The position numbers were made by a program, and so were the translations under genes. This document shows, piece after piece, positions 36,299-44,783 of a stretch of DNA of 64,000 nt; position 1 is the stretch's first letter; each line of letters begins with the position of its first letter. The stretch is from Vicinamibacterales bacterium (lineage in GTDB: Bacteria > Acidobacteriota > Vicinamibacteria > Vicinamibacterales > UBA2999). The notes below the pieces were generated by a model, which did no database searches, was not told the origin of the DNA, and saw only the letters and a list, made by a program, of their open reading frames with translations. Location: NCBI GenBank assembly GCA_035575715.1, contig DATLXN010000006.1, positions 6,476 to 70,475 of the forward strand. The letters are read 5' to 3'.

Positions 36299-36960
36299 GT
36301 CGGCTGGTCGCAACAGCGGTCGCCGTATTGAGTGTCGTCACCGCGTTATCGGCGCAGCAATCCGCGCCGCGCCCGCAGCCGCACGGCCGCCTGTTCCCGC
36401 CGCAAGATCTCGGGTTGCTCGAGGCCCCCGATCGCGACATCTGGCAAATGCCTGACCGGGTGATGGATGCCCTCGGCATCGCCGAAGCCTCCGTGGTCGC
36501 CGATATCGGTGCCGGGAGCGGCTGGTTTACGGTCCGTCTCGCGCGGCGCGTCGGGCCGAACGGCAAGGTCTACGCCGAAGACGTGCAGCGCCTGATGCTG
36601 GAAGCGATCAAGCGCCGGGTCGACGCGGAGGGGCTGTTGAACGTCGTGGGCGTTCTGGGCGAAGGGAGCGACCCGCAATTGCCGCGCGGCAAACTGCATG
36701 CGGTGCTGATGGTCGATGCGAGCGAGATTGTCGACCGCGTCACGCTGCTGCGCAACCTCGCGCGGTCGTTGCGCCCGGAAGGCCGGATCGGCATCGTCGA
36801 CTTCAAACTGACCGGAGGCGGCCCAGGGCCGCCGACCGAGGAACGGGTCAGCCCGGAAGTCGTCGCCCGCGACGCAGCAAACGCCGGGCTGCGGTTGTTG
36901 ACGCAGGAAAATTTCCTGCCCTATCAATACCTATTGGTGTTTGGCCTGGCGGCCAAGTGA
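36295..36960 (+). CDS. Class I SAM-dependent methyltransferase with N-terminal signal peptide
   Basis: MSRLVATAVAVLSVVTALSAQQ, followed by SAM motif I VADIGAGSGWFTVRLA. The start overlaps the aspA stop (ATGA). Confidence 0.75.
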   Translation: MSRLVATAVAVLSVVTALSAQQSAPRPQPHGRLFPPQDLGLLEAPDRDIWQMPDRVMDALGIAEASVVADIGAGSGWFTVRLARRVGPNGKVYAEDVQRLMLEAIKRRVDAEGLLNVVGVLGEGSDPQLPRGKLHAVLMVDASEIVDRVTLLRNLARSLRPEGRIGIVDFKLTGGGPGPPTEERVSPEVVARDAANAGLRLLTQENFLPYQYLLVFGLAAK

Positions 36961-36962
36961 AT

Positions 36963-37610
36963 CTAACGATCCCCCGCTCGCCCAACGACCGCCCACGCCG
37001 TCGGCAGAATCGCGCTCGCCAGACACACCTTGACGATGTCTGGAACCACGAACGGATAGAGACCGGTGGCCAACGCCGCTTGCACACCAACCGGACCAGC
37101 AGCGCTGGTCGCGAACAACGCGAGCCACGTGACGCCGCCGAGGAACAGCATGCAGAGGCCAGCGAGCATCGCCAGCACGGACGTAAAGTAGCGGCGATCG
37201 AACCCGCGCTCGGCGAGGTAGCCAGTCACGAACGCGGCAATCGGATACGCCATCAGATAGCCGCCGGTCGGCCCCAGCAGGCGCGCCGCACCTTGCGGCA
37301 AAATGGGCGAGGCGGCAAACACCGGAGCGCCGGCGATGCCGAGCAGCAGGTAGAGAATCTGGCTCGCCGCACCGAGGCGGGCGCCGAGAGCCGCAGAGCC
37401 GACCAGCACGACCATCGGCTGCAGCGTGAACGGCACCGGCGTGAATGGCAGGTGGACGCTGATCTGCGCAGCCGCGGCGGTCAGTGCGGTGAGGAACAGT
37501 ACGGAGGCAATCTTGATGCTCGTCAGCGAGGCCGACGAATCGGCGCCGATGCTGACGTGATCGAGCAGGGTGGAGTCGTAGGTGACAAACGGGGCACGGG
37601 TGGACGACAT
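36963..37610 (-). CDS. bioY: Biotin transporter BioY
   Basis: PFTPVPFTLQPMVVLLVGSA-type core, GAPVFA and LLGPTGGYLMAYP motifs. Multi-TM protein. Confidence 0.8.
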   Translation of the reverse strand: MSSTRAPFVTYDSTLLDHVSIGADSSASLTSIKIASVLFLTALTAAAAQISVHLPFTPVPFTLQPMVVLVGSAALGARLGAASQILYLLLGIAGAPVFAASPILPQGAARLLGPTGGYLMAYPIAAFVTGYLAERGFDRRYFTSVLAMLAGLCMLFLGGVTWLALFATSAAGPVGVQAALATGLYPFVVPDIVKVCLASAILPTAWAVVGRAGDR

Positions 37611-37628
37611 GGCGGCGATTGTAGCTAA

Positions 37629-38414
37629 ATGAAACGTGCGCTGACAATTGCGGGGAGTGACTCGGGTGGCGGTGCGGGCATTCAGGCCGACTTGAAAACC
37701 TTCGCCGCCTATGGCGTGTACGGCACCTCAGCCATAACTGCCCTGACGGCGCAAAACACGCGCGGCGTCGCCGGCGTGCACAGCGTCCCTGCCGAATTCG
37801 TCGCCCTTCAAATTGAAACGGTCGTTGCGGACATCGGCTGCGACGCGGTCAAGACCGGGATGCTTGCCACCGCCGCAATCGTCGAAGCCGTCGCCGCGAC
37901 CGTTGCAGCACTCGACCTCCCCAACCTGGTTGTTGACCCGGTGATGGTGGCGAAGGGCGGTGATCGCCTCCTCGATGCTGACGCCGTGCACGCGCTCCGC
38001 ACCGCGTTGCTGCGGTTGGCGAGGGTGGTGACGCCAAACGTCCCAGAGGCGGAAGTGCTTGCCGAGATGACCATCGCGTCACTCGACGACATGCGCGAAG
38101 CCGGGAAACGCATCCTCACACGCGGCCCACGCGCCGTCATCGTCAAGGGCGGTCACCTCGACGGCGCTGAGGCGATCGATCTGGTGATCGAGATCGATCG
38201 CGAGACGGTGCTGCGCGCCCCGCGATTAAAAGTGGCGCACACCCATGGCACCGGGTGTACCTTTGCCGCAGCGCTGGCCGCGGGGCTCGCGCTTGGCGAG
38301 CCGCTCGATCGGGCAGCGCGTCACGCGAAGGAGTATGTGACCGGCGCGATGCAGCATGGGATCGACGTCGGCTCTGGTCACCAACCGTTAGGACACTTCT
38401 GGAAACAACGATGA
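37629..38414 (+). CDS. thiD: Hydroxymethylpyrimidine/phosphomethylpyrimidine kinase
   Basis: MKRALTIAGSDSGGGAGIQADLKTF..., VKTGML and GTGCTFAAALAAGLA motifs. Confidence 0.9.
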   Translation: MKRALTIAGSDSGGGAGIQADLKTFAAYGVYGTSAITALTAQNTRGVAGVHSVPAEFVALQIETVVADIGCDAVKTGMLATAAIVEAVAATVAALDLPNLVVDPVMVAKGGDRLLDADAVHALRTALLRLARVVTPNVPEAEVLAEMTIASLDDMREAGKRILTRGPRAVIVKGGHLDGAEAIDLVIEIDRETVLRAPRLKVAHTHGTGCTFAAALAAGLALGEPLDRAARHAKEYVTGAMQHGIDVGSGHQPLGHFWKQR

Positions 38415-38698
38415 CCCCTCCCGTTCATTCATCGACCGCCGCGCTGACCGCCGCCCGCTGGCGTGTCGCGATCATTCTGACCATCGCGATGATGGTGCTG
38501 TATTTCGGCTTCATTCTGCTGGTGGCGTTCAACAAGCCCTTGCTCGGTCGCGAGCTGACCAGCGGTCTCAGCCTGGGCATCCTGCTTGGCGCGCTGGTCG
38601 TTGTTTCGGCGTGGGTCCTGATCTGGATCTATACGCGCTGGGCGAATACGCACTACGACGTGGCCGTGACCCAGCTGCGCAAGGACGTGCGCGGCTGA
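38411..38698 (+). CDS. yjcH: DUF485 (YjcH-like) inner-membrane protein
   Basis: The ATG at 38411 overlaps the thiD stop (ATGA). Two TM helices (RWRVAIILTIAMMVLYFGFILLVAF). It sits immediately upstream of actP, as in other bacteria. Confidence 0.75.
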   Translation: MTPPVHSSTAALTAARWRVAIILTIAMMVLYFGFILLVAFNKPLLGRELTSGLSLGILLGALVVVSAWVLIWIYTRWANTHYDVAVTQLRKDVRG

Positions 38699-38721
38699 AG
38701 CGAAAGAGGGCGTAGGCACCG

Positions 38722-38755
38722 GACTAGCCGCGGCGCGCTGAAGCCGCGGCTAGTC
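38722..38755 (+). promoter_or_regulatory. Perfect 13-bp hairpin between yjcH and actP, abutting a TATACT box
   Basis: GACTAGCCGCGGC (38722-38734) pairs with GCCGCGGCTAGTC (38743-38755) around an 8-nt loop. TATACT (38756-38761) lies 8 nt before the actP GTG (38770). Confidence 0.55.
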
Positions 38756-38769
38756 TATACTCCGCCTGC

Positions 38770-40299
38770 GTGACCCCAGGCGAATCCAACTCCATCGCGA
38801 TCGCGCTCTTCGTCGTCTTTCTCGTCGCCACTCTCGGCATCACCTATTGGGCGGCGCGGCGCACGAAAACGGCCGAACACTTCTACACCGCGGGCCGGAG
38901 CATTACCGGATTCCAGAACGGCTTGGCGCTGGCCGGCGACTACATGAGCGCGGCGAGCTTCCTCGGCATCGCCGGCCTGGTCGCGTTATCAGGGTTCGAT
39001 GGGTTGATCTACTCAATTGGCTTCCTGGTGGGCTGGCCGATCGTGATGTTCCTGATCGCTGAGCCGCTGCGCAACCTTGGCCGCTACACCTTTACCGACG
39101 TCGTCGCCATGCGGCTGCGCCAGAAGCCGGTGCGCGTAGCAGCGGCAACCGGATCGCTCGCGGTGATCTCCTTCTACCTGATCGCGCAGATGGTCGGCGC
39201 CGGCAATCTGGTGCGGCTGTTGTTCGGCATCGACTACGCCACAGCAGTGGTCATCGTCGGTGTGGTAATGCTGGCTTACGTGCTGTTCGGCGGGATGATC
39301 GCAACGACCTGGGTGCAGATCGTCAAGGCGGTGTTGCTGCTCACGGGCGCGTTGATGCTCGCGGTGCTGGTGCTGGCGCGGTTTGATTTCAATCCGCTGA
39401 CGTTGTTTGCCACCGCGGCGCAGCAGTATGGCGCCGGCGTCCTGGCGCCCGGCCGGCTGGTGTCGGACCCGTGGGATGCGGTGTCGCTTGGGCTGTCGCT
39501 GATGCTCGGCACGGCGGGCCTGCCGCACATTCTGATGCGGTTCTACACGGTGCCGGATGCCAAAACCGCACGGCAATCGGTGACCTATGCCACCGCGTTC
39601 ATCGGCTTCTTTTATCTGCTGACATTTATCCTGGGTTTTGGCGCCATGGTGCTGGTCGGGCAGGACGCCATCCGCGCCATCGACGCGGGCGGCAACATGG
39701 CGGCGCCGTTGTTAGCGCACGTCGTTGGTGGTCAGCCATTCCTGGGATTCATCGCTGCCGTCGCATTCGCCACGATCCTGGCAGTGGTGGCTGGGCTGAC
39801 GTTATCGGGCGCAGCGGCGCTCTCGCATGACCTGTGGGTGCACGTGGTGCGTCACGGCGTCGCCGACGAAAAGGAACAGCTACGCGTGGCACGCGCGTCG
39901 ACGTTGCTGCTGGGCGCCTTGGCCATCGGGCTGGGCATCCTGTTCCAGGGCCAGAATGTGGCGTTCATGGTCGGGCTGGCCTTTGCCATCGCCGCGAGTG
40001 CGAACTTTCCGGCGCTGGTCATGTCGATGTTCTGGCGGCGCTTCTCGACGCGCGGGGCGCAAGCGAGCATGCTGGTCGGCACCGCGTCAGCGCTCGGGTT
40101 GATTTACCTCTCGCCGACCGTGCAGATTGGCATCCTCGGTCACGCGTCGGCGCCATTCCCGTTGGCCAATCCAGGCCTCGTGACGATTCCACTGTCGTTT
40201 CTCGTCGGCATTGTCGTGTCATTGCTAACGCCGGAAGCTGGCGCAATCCAGAAGTTTGCCGAGCTCGAACAACGATTGCATTTGGGCGAGGACTTGTAG
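38770..40299 (+). CDS. actP: Cation/acetate symporter ActP (sodium:solute symporter family)
   Basis: 509 aa, SSF topology, motifs [28 protein letters not shown] and [13 protein letters not shown]. Confidence 0.85.
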   Translation: MTPGESNSIAIALFVVFLVATLGITYWAARRTKTAEHFYTAGRSITGFQNGLALAGDYMSAASFLGIAGLVALSGFDGLIYSIGFLVGWPIVMFLIAEPLRNLGRYTFTDVVAMRLRQKPVRVAAATGSLAVISFYLIAQMVGAGNLVRLLFGIDYATAVVIVGVVMLAYVLFGGMIATTWVQIVKAVLLLTGALMLAVLVLARFDFNPLTLFATAAQQYGAGVLAPGRLVSDPWDAVSLGLSLMLGTAGLPHILMRFYTVPDAKTARQSVTYATAFIGFFYLLTFILGFGAMVLVGQDAIRAIDAGGNMAAPLLAHVVGGQPFLGFIAAVAFATILAVVAGLTLSGAAALSHDLWVHVVRHGVADEKEQLRVARASTLLLGALAIGLGILFQGQNVAFMVGLAFAIAASANFPALVMSMFWRRFSTRGAQASMLVGTASALGLIYLSPTVQIGILGHASAPFPLANPGLVTIPLSFLVGIVVSLLTPEAGAIQKFAELEQRLHLGEDL

Positions 40300-40323
40300 C
40301 GGCGAGCGTGGCGGCGTCCGTCC

Positions 40324-40435
40324 AATCTGCGTAATTTGCGAACCTGCGAATCTGCGAACCGGCGGATCTGCGAATCTGCGTAATCTGCGTAATCTGCGTA
40401 ATCTGCGTAATCTGCGTAATCTGCGTAATCTGCGG
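40324..40435. repeat. Tandem 8/9-nt repeat array (AATCTGCGT family)
   Basis: Six perfect AATCTGCGT units (40373-40426) are preceded by degenerate units (AATTTGCGA, ACCTGCGA, ATCTGCGA, ACCGGCGG) and followed by one variant. The array lies between the actP stop and the moaE SD. Confidence 0.9.
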
Positions 40436-40448
40436 ATAATAGGGAGCT

Positions 40449-40925
40449 GTGTCCGCCTCCCCCACCGCCATCACCGCGGACGTGCTCGACATCACCGCTC
40501 TGGTCCGCATCGTGGAAGCCTCGGGCATTGGCGCGGTGACGACGTTCCTCGGACTGGTGCGGGATCACAACCAGGGACGACGGGTATTGCACCTCGTTTA
40601 CGAGGCGTATGAGCCACTCGCCGAACGGGCGCTGGGTCGGATCGTCGACGAATCGCGCGTCAAGTGGCCGTCGGTCACCCTCGCGATACACCATCGCATC
40701 GGCAGGCTGACGATTGGCGACGCGAGTGTGGCGATTGCGGCGGCGTCGCCGCACCGCGCTGATTCGTTTGCGGCCTGCCGTTACGCGATCGAGCGGATCA
40801 AGCAGATCGTCCCGATCTGGAAGCATGAATACTTCGAGGGCGGCGATGTGTGGATCGAAGGCGCGACAGCAGACCCCGACGATCAGGCGGCCAGGGATGC
40901 TGCAATGAGGCTGGCGTGCGCGTAG
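40449..40925 (+). CDS. moaE: Molybdopterin synthase catalytic subunit MoaE
   Basis: GTG start after AGGGAG. Motifs FLGLVRDHNQGRRV and IVPIWKHEYFEGG. Confidence 0.85.
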   Translation: MSASPTAITADVLDITALVRIVEASGIGAVTTFLGLVRDHNQGRRVLHLVYEAYEPLAERALGRIVDESRVKWPSVTLAIHHRIGRLTIGDASVAIAAASPHRADSFAACRYAIERIKQIVPIWKHEYFEGGDVWIEGATADPDDQAARDAAMRLACA

Positions 40926-41161
40926 CCATCCGGTTGTTTGCGCGGCTGCGCGATCTGGTCGGGTGCGGCGAACTCGAGCGCGAGGCGCCGCCGGGTTCGA
41001 CAGTTGGCGCGGTGTGGAATGGCCTGGTCGCGGACTACCCGGCGATTGCGCCGTACGCCGACTCGATGTCGTGCGCGGTCAACGCAGAGTACGCCCGAAT
41101 GACCGACCCGCTCGCCGACGGCGACGAAGTCGCCTTTCTGCCGCCCGTCTCGGGCGGCTAA
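40916..41161 (+). CDS. moaD: Molybdopterin synthase sulfur carrier MoaD
   Basis: GTG at 40916 ([16 protein letters not shown]) within ORF 40850..41161. C-terminal ...[11 protein letters not shown]. It overlaps the end of moaE. Confidence 0.8.
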   Translation: MRVAIRLFARLRDLVGCGELEREAPPGSTVGAVWNGLVADYPAIAPYADSMSCAVNAEYARMTDPLADGDEVAFLPPVSGG

Positions 41162-41162
41162 G

Positions 41163-42263
41163 ATGAACAGCGATATGTTCGACAAGCTCACCTCGATCGA
41201 AGGCCGGTACCAGGAGTTGATGTCGTCGTTAGGCACCTCCACCGTCCAGAACGATCAGGCCGAATACCGTAAACAGGCCAAGGCGCTCTCCGAGATTGAG
41301 CCGCTGGTCGAGAAGTTTCGCGAATATAAAATCATCCTCGCAGAAGTGACCCAGGCCGAGGACCTGACCAAGGGCGGCGACGCCGATATGCGCGCCCTCG
41401 CCGAAGAGGAACTGTCGGGACTTCAGACCCGTCGCGAGGAGATTGAAGCGGCGCTCAAGATACTGCTGCTGCCGAAAGACCCGAATGACGAAAAAAACGT
41501 CATCGTCGAAATCCGCGGCGGTACCGGCGGAGAGGAAGCTGCGCTGTTCGCCGGCGATCTGAACCGGATGTATAGCCGTTTTGCTGAACGTCAGGGATGG
41601 AAACTCGAGGTCATGTCGCTCAGCGAGGCCGGGCAGGGCGGCATTAAAGAGGTCATCCTCAATATCGAAGGCAAGCGCGTCTACAGCAGCCTGAAATACG
41701 AGAGCGGCGTGCATCGCGTGCAGCGTGTGCCAGCGACTGAAGCTAGCGGACGGATCCATACCTCGACGGCGACGGTGGCGGTCCTTCCTGAAGCTGACGA
41801 GATTGACATCCAGATCGAGGCCAAGGATCTGCGCATCGATACGTTCTGTTCGAGCGGACCCGGCGGCCAGAGCGTCAATACGACCTATTCGGCGGTCCGC
41901 ATCACGCACATTCCGAGCGGCTTAGTGGTGTCACAGCAGGATGAAAAATCGCAGGTCAAGAATCGCGCCAAGGCGTTGAAGGTGCTGCGTTCACGTCTCT
42001 ACGAGATGGAGATGCGCAAGCAACAGGACGCGATCGCCAAAGACCGCCGCGGCCAGGTCGGCACCGGTGAGCGGTCCGAGAAAATTCGCACCTACAACTT
42101 CCCGCAAAGCCGGATTACCGATCACCGCATCAACTTCACGACCCATCAACTCCATGCCGTGCTCGACGGCAACCTGACGGAACTGATCGATGCGCTGACC
42201 ACCTTCTACACCGCGCAGCAGTTGAAAGACGCGACCGACGTCAGGCCTGATGACGCTGCTTGA
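41163..42263 (+). CDS. prfA: Peptide chain release factor 1
   Basis: RVPATE (the PxT tripeptide of RF1) and [11 protein letters not shown] (GGQ). The reading frame is uninterrupted. Confidence 0.92.
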   Translation: MNSDMFDKLTSIEGRYQELMSSLGTSTVQNDQAEYRKQAKALSEIEPLVEKFREYKIILAEVTQAEDLTKGGDADMRALAEEELSGLQTRREEIEAALKILLLPKDPNDEKNVIVEIRGGTGGEEAALFAGDLNRMYSRFAERQGWKLEVMSLSEAGQGGIKEVILNIEGKRVYSSLKYESGVHRVQRVPATEASGRIHTSTATVAVLPEADEIDIQIEAKDLRIDTFCSSGPGGQSVNTTYSAVRITHIPSGLVVSQQDEKSQVKNRAKALKVLRSRLYEMEMRKQQDAIAKDRRGQVGTGERSEKIRTYNFPQSRITDHRINFTTHQLHAVLDGNLTELIDALTTFYTAQQLKDATDVRPDDAA

Positions 42264-43110
42264 TGCCGCGCTCAAGGCGCGCGGTGAACTCGAAGACGCC
42301 GGCGTGTCCTCGTCAACGGCGGCGCTCGACGCAGAGCTGCTGGCGCGTCACGTGCTCGGCTGGGACCGCGCCAAGTGGCTGGTCTACCGCACCGACCAAA
42401 CCAATGAGGCGTTCTCCTCGGCCTATGCGGCGCTCATCGCCCGCCGCTCAAAGCGTGAACCGGTCGCGTATATTCGCGGCATCCAGGAATTCTGGGGCCG
42501 CGAGTTCCTGGTGACACGCGACGTGCTGATTCCGCGTTCGGAAACAGAGCTGACCATCGAAGTCGCCAAAGAGCTGATCGCCGCCCAGCCGACCGGCCGC
42601 CTGGTCGACGTCGGCACCGGCAGCGGCTGCATCGCGATTACCCTTGCCCTGGATCATCCGGCGCTGGAGGTGCACGCCACTGACATCTCGGCAGAGGCGC
42701 TGATCGTCGCGCGCGAGAATGCGCGACGCCTTGGGGCGAACACGGTGCGGTTCGCGCACGGCTCCTACCTCGGCGACACACCGCGTCCGATTGATCTGTT
42801 GGTCACCAATCCGCCGTATGTGGCGACGACCGATCGCCGGGCGTTGGCGCCGGAGGTTAAAGAGCACGAGCCATCGGTTGCATTGTTTGGCGGTAACGAC
42901 GGGATGCAGGAAGTACGCGCCATTCTGCAACTCGCGCCAGCGGCGCTGGCCGCGCATGGCTGGCTGGTCATGGAAATCGGCTATGGCCAGGACGACCGTG
43001 TCACGGAGGAAATTGCGCGGGTGCCGGAGTTGCGGCTGCGGGAAATCCGCGCCGATCTGCAGGGCATCCCGCGCGTTGCAGTGGTCGGGCGCGTTAGCGA
43101 CGCGGGATAA
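42250..43110 (+). CDS. prmC: Release-factor glutamine N5-methyltransferase PrmC
   Basis: [15 protein letters not shown] motif and VTNPPYV. It overlaps the end of prfA. Confidence 0.88.
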   Translation: MTLLDAALKARGELEDAGVSSSTAALDAELLARHVLGWDRAKWLVYRTDQTNEAFSSAYAALIARRSKREPVAYIRGIQEFWGREFLVTRDVLIPRSETELTIEVAKELIAAQPTGRLVDVGTGSGCIAITLALDHPALEVHATDISAEALIVARENARRLGANTVRFAHGSYLGDTPRPIDLLVTNPPYVATTDRRALAPEVKEHEPSVALFGGNDGMQEVRAILQLAPAALAAHGWLVMEIGYGQDDRVTEEIARVPELRLREIRADLQGIPRVAVVGRVSDAG

Positions 43111-43516
43111 GCAGTTGCTGGCCCGGAGAAATCTGGTCGGGGTCGTTCATGCGATCGCGATTGGCGTCGAAGATCGCCAGGTCGCGTGACGCCGACCCGA
43201 GATACCGTTCGGCAATGTCCGCCAGCGTTTCGCCGCGCGCGACAGTGTGATAGCCGCGGATGTCACGACGCTCAACGGAGATGTCGAGCAACACGTCGAC
43301 CTCCCATCCGTCGATGTCTTTGATCGCGTCCCACAGCAGGTCACAGTCGAGCTGGTAGCGCGCGCGCCCGTGGACCACCAATTTGTCGCCGACTGTCTGA
43401 CACGTCAGGTCCTGAATGTGGAGGCGGGCCGCCGCATCGGAGAGCTGGGCCACGCCATCCCCACCCTGTGCTGCAGGGGACTTTTTTTCGAACACACGAG
43501 CTATACTCGCCGCCAT
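43094..43516 (-). CDS. BON/LysM domain protein (YgaU/Kbp-like)
   Basis: ATG at 43516 (MAASIARVFEKK). The C-terminal LysM region is YHTVARGETLADIAERYLG...[10 protein letters not shown]. Confidence 0.7.
   Translation of the reverse strand: MAASIARVFEKKSPAAQGGDGVAQLSDAAARLHIQDLTCQTVGDKLVVHGRARYQLDCDLLWDAIKDIDGWEVDVLLDISVERRDIRGYHTVARGETLADIAERYLGSASRDLAIFDANRDRMNDPDQISPGQQLLIPRR
43502..43507 (+). promoter_or_regulatory. -10 box (TATACT) 7 nt upstream of the HIT gene ATG; probable leaderless transcript
   Basis: GCTATACTCGCC at 43500-43511. The same 12-mer occurs at 60918-60929, and CTATACTCCGCC at 38755-38766. Confidence 0.45.
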
Positions 43517-43856
43517 GTCGTGTCTCTTTTGCAAGATTGTCGCCGGGGAAATCCCCGCGCAATGCATCTATGAAGACGAGAATTTGCTGGCCTTTGAGGA
43601 CATTCATCCGCAAGCCCCGCTTCACGTGCTGGTGATTCCGAAGCGTCATATTTCGACATTGAATGACCTCCAGGACGGCGACGAGGCGATTCTCGGCGCG
43701 ATGATCCGGCGAGCGGCGAAGATCGCCAAGGAACGCGGCTTCGACGCGACTGGCTATCGCACCGTCTTCAATGTCAACAAGGACGGCGGGCAAACCGTTT
43801 TTCACGTCCATCTCCATCTACTGGGTGGCCGGAAGTTGTCGTGGCCACCGGGGTAG
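43515..43856 (+). CDS. HIT-family (histidine triad) nucleotide hydrolase
   Basis: MSCLFCKIVAGEIPAQCIYEDENLLAFEDIHPQAP...HVHLHLLGG. Confidence 0.88.
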   Translation: MSCLFCKIVAGEIPAQCIYEDENLLAFEDIHPQAPLHVLVIPKRHISTLNDLQDGDEAILGAMIRRAAKIAKERGFDATGYRTVFNVNKDGGQTVFHVHLHLLGGRKLSWPPG

Positions 43857-43958
43857 GCGGGTGGGCGGGTGGGCGGGTGGGCGGGTAAGGCTAATAGCAG
43901 ATAGGGCGCTTTGACCGTGTTGCTTACCTGCCTACCTGCCTACCTGCCCACCTGCCTT
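43853..43958 (+). repeat. Long inverted repeat whose arms are tandem 8-mers (GTGGGCGG array vs TGCCTACC array)
   Basis: The left arm is 43853-43890 and the right arm 43923-43958, with a 32-nt loop. About 34 pairs form on the plus-strand RNA, including periodic G:U. The right arm overlaps the last codons of the convergent GNAT gene. Confidence 0.8.
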
Positions 43959-44780
43959 AGCTAGCAGATAACGACCGCGGTTGGACTCGCGGGTGAGTTC
44001 GAAATCGACGGCTCGATAGCCGCGTCCGAAGTAGCTCTCAAAAATCTCCCGCGTGGTCATGCGCCACTCCAGCGCCAGGTCCGGCTCTTCTTTCTGCATC
44101 TCGGTGAAGCCGGCCGGCACCTCGACCCACACCCGTCGCACGTCGAGCGACAGATCGCCCCGCTCGGTGGCGCGCCACCGACCCACCGTGGTGGTCGCGT
44201 TCACCGTCGGCGCACCGCTGACCTCGTCACTCCGCACCGAGAATGTGTCGCGCTGTGCGATGCGGCGCTCGACATGCGGCTCGCCCAGCATCCACTCGAC
44301 GACCAAGCGATCGGTCGGCGTGCCGCGATGCAGCGCGCTGGTTGATTCGCCATAAAAATTGCGGGCGTACTCGCTGCACACGACGCCGAGCCTGGCGAAA
44401 TTGAGATGGGCATTGAGCGCCTGGAGCGGATCGAATGTCCACTCCATCAAGTCGAAGTTCGCCGCGAGCGCGCGCTCGCGTTGTGCCAACTTCAGCGCGC
44501 GGCCCAGCCCCGACCGTCGGTGGCCGGGCAGGACGCCCATCATGTGTGACCACTGCGTCGGCCGGCCGTTCTTGACGCCGACGATTGAAAAAGCAAAGCC
44601 GACCATCCGCTGCTCGGTGTCAAACGCCCCGATCAGAATGCCGCCGCGTTTGACGGTAATGATGAACACCGGGACCGTGATCAAGTCACCGGTATCGGTA
44701 TAGCCCCAAATCGCGCGCTCCAGATCGACGACGCCCTGGAAATCGGCGATGCCCCGCAGGTCACGAATCTCAAACGTCAT
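43932..44780 (-). CDS. GNAT-family acetyltransferase-like protein
   Basis: 282 aa. GNAT core GVLPGHRRSGLGRALKLAQRERA. The C-terminal ...AKAGGQVGR is encoded by the repeat array. Confidence 0.65.
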   Translation of the reverse strand: MTFEIRDLRGIADFQGVVDLERAIWGYTDTGDLITVPVFIITVKRGGILIGAFDTEQRMVGFAFSIVGVKNGRPTQWSHMMGVLPGHRRSGLGRALKLAQRERALAANFDLMEWTFDPLQALNAHLNFARLGVVCSEYARNFYGESTSALHRGTPTDRLVVEWMLGEPHVERRIAQRDTFSVRSDEVSGAPTVNATTTVGRWRATERGDLSLDVRRVWVEVPAGFTEMQKEEPDLALEWRMTTREIFESYFGRGYRAVDFELTRESNRGRYLLAKAGGQVGR

Positions 44781-44783
44781 GGA

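Noticed and set aside
37611-37628. TPP riboswitch upstream of thiD
   Set aside because: Only 18 nt separate thiD from the divergent bioY start, which is no room for a riboswitch.
40324-40435. Possible CRISPR array (also considered for 9993-10027 and 43853-43958)
   Set aside because: The units are only 7-9 nt long and directly abut without spacers. No cas genes are present.
40300-40448. Moco riboswitch upstream of moaE
   Set aside because: The spacer is almost entirely a simple tandem repeat. No multi-stem conserved structure is apparent.
40019-40528. 169-aa minus-strand ORF containing (ITQ)n
   Set aside because: The ITQ repeat is simply the translation of the AATCTGCGT tandem array. The ORF overlaps actP and moaE on the other strand.
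41163-42263. Programmed +1 frameshift of a release factor gene
   Set aside because: The gene is RF1 (PxT motif PAT) with a single uninterrupted frame. The frameshift is a feature of prfB, not prfA.
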